Shown piece after piece: positions 12,360 through 12,636 of a DNA stretch of 12,636 bases (position 1 is its first letter; each line of letters opens with the position of its first letter). Under the pieces are notes generated by a model, which worked only from the letters and a program-made list of their open reading frames with translations, was not told the origin of the DNA and did no database searches. Origin of the DNA: a virus; the IMG/VR virus record IMGVR_UViG_3300024520_000039; one strand, given 5' to 3'. The position numbers were made by a program, and so were the translations under genes.

Positions 12360-12636
12360 TGGGAGGACAAGGGAGTGGAAGAAAACCAGATGAGGCGAAG
12401 AGGTTTATAGAAACTCATGCTAATGTAGCAGCTGCAGGAAAAGAAGGTTTAGTTATCCCAAATTATTCTGGTATAAGAGATGATATAAATAAAGGTAGAG
12501 TTGGGAAAAAATTAGGATCACCAACTAATGCACCTACAGATTTAACTCTTGGATCAAACCAGCCAATAGCAGTAGCCACACAAGTTGGAGAAGATATACA
12601 AATTTCTGATAAGATACAATTAGTAGAATTTACTTG
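12359..12636 (+). CDS. Tail fibre / receptor-binding protein, 5' part of the wrap-around ORF that continues at nt 3-1889 (MGGQGSGRKPDEAKRFIETHANVAAAGKEG...).
   Basis: The ATG at 12359 overlaps the preceding stop (TAATG). An in-frame stop at 12350-12352 precludes an earlier start. The frame is open to the window end and is in phase with nt 3 onward via the 127-nt overlap. Confidence 0.75.
   Translation, partial: MGGQGSGRKPDEAKRFIETHANVAAAGKEGLVIPNYSGIRDDINKGRVGKKLGSPTNAPTDLTLGSNQPIAVATQVGEDIQISDKIQLVEFT
12510..12636. repeat. Terminal overlap, copy 2 (identical to 1-127).
   Basis: Base-by-base identity with the window start. Confidence 0.95.

Noticed and set aside
206-12418. Remaining minus-strand track ORFs: 206-400, 743-961, 1691-1906, 2060-2287, 2862-3098, 4805-5014, 6057-6245, 7378-7584, 7888-8100, 9011-9298, 9139-9321, 10619-10849, 11924-12109 and 12227-12418.
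   Set aside because: All lie antisense within well-supported plus-strand genes (fibre, terL, portal, scaffold, MCP and others). All are 60-95 aa, show shadow-ORF composition and lack RBS or promoter context.
1-12636. Looked for CRISPR arrays, tRNA/tmRNA genes, a reverse transcriptase (retron/DGR), integrase/att sites and toxin-antitoxin pairs.
   Set aside because: No spaced repeat arrays were seen. No T-loop (GGTTCGAAT-type) or cloverleaf candidates were found. No ORF is large enough for an RT or integrase, or carries their motifs. The RHH protein has no adjacent toxin-like partner that I can recognise.

Overview
The last 127 nt (12510-12636) are identical to the first 127 nt (1-127). The window is therefore one circularly closed, or terminally redundant, replicon of 12,509 unique bp. 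It is AT-rich (mid-30s % GC by eye) and very tightly packed. It reads as a miniature head-tail (HK97-lineage) virus. The + strand carries a large terminase (4791-6035), portal (7067-8158), scaffold-like proteins, a DUF2190-type decoration protein (10170-10595) and an HK97-fold major capsid protein (10659-11525). It also carries a C1q/TNF-like jelly-roll protein and a 679-aa fibre ORF that starts at 12359 and wraps through the junction to 1889. A block of very small genes (1889-3753) encodes an RHH protein, two zinc-ribbon proteins and an OB-fold SSB-like protein. A two-gene cassette lies on the minus strand (3716-4101, winged-helix regulator). I could not recognise a polymerase, primase/helicase, Rep, integrase, small terminase, prohead protease, tail tube/tape measure or endolysin. 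Three things stand out. (1) A 690-nt ORF-free, hairpin-rich and locally GC-enriched region (4102-4790) sits exactly where a small terminase gene would be expected. It is bracketed by a 13-nt direct repeat and is a candidate ~0.5 kb structured RNA, giant leader or ori/pac region. (2) Three Shine-Dalgarno-less genes each carry a purine-rich element plus an 8-nt TATA box exactly 21 nt upstream of the ATG. That is archaeal BRE/TATA geometry for leaderless mRNAs, and it suggests an archaeal host. (3) Genes are coupled almost everywhere by TAATG stop/start overlaps. All functional calls rest on motifs I recognise by eye and on synteny, because no searches could be run.
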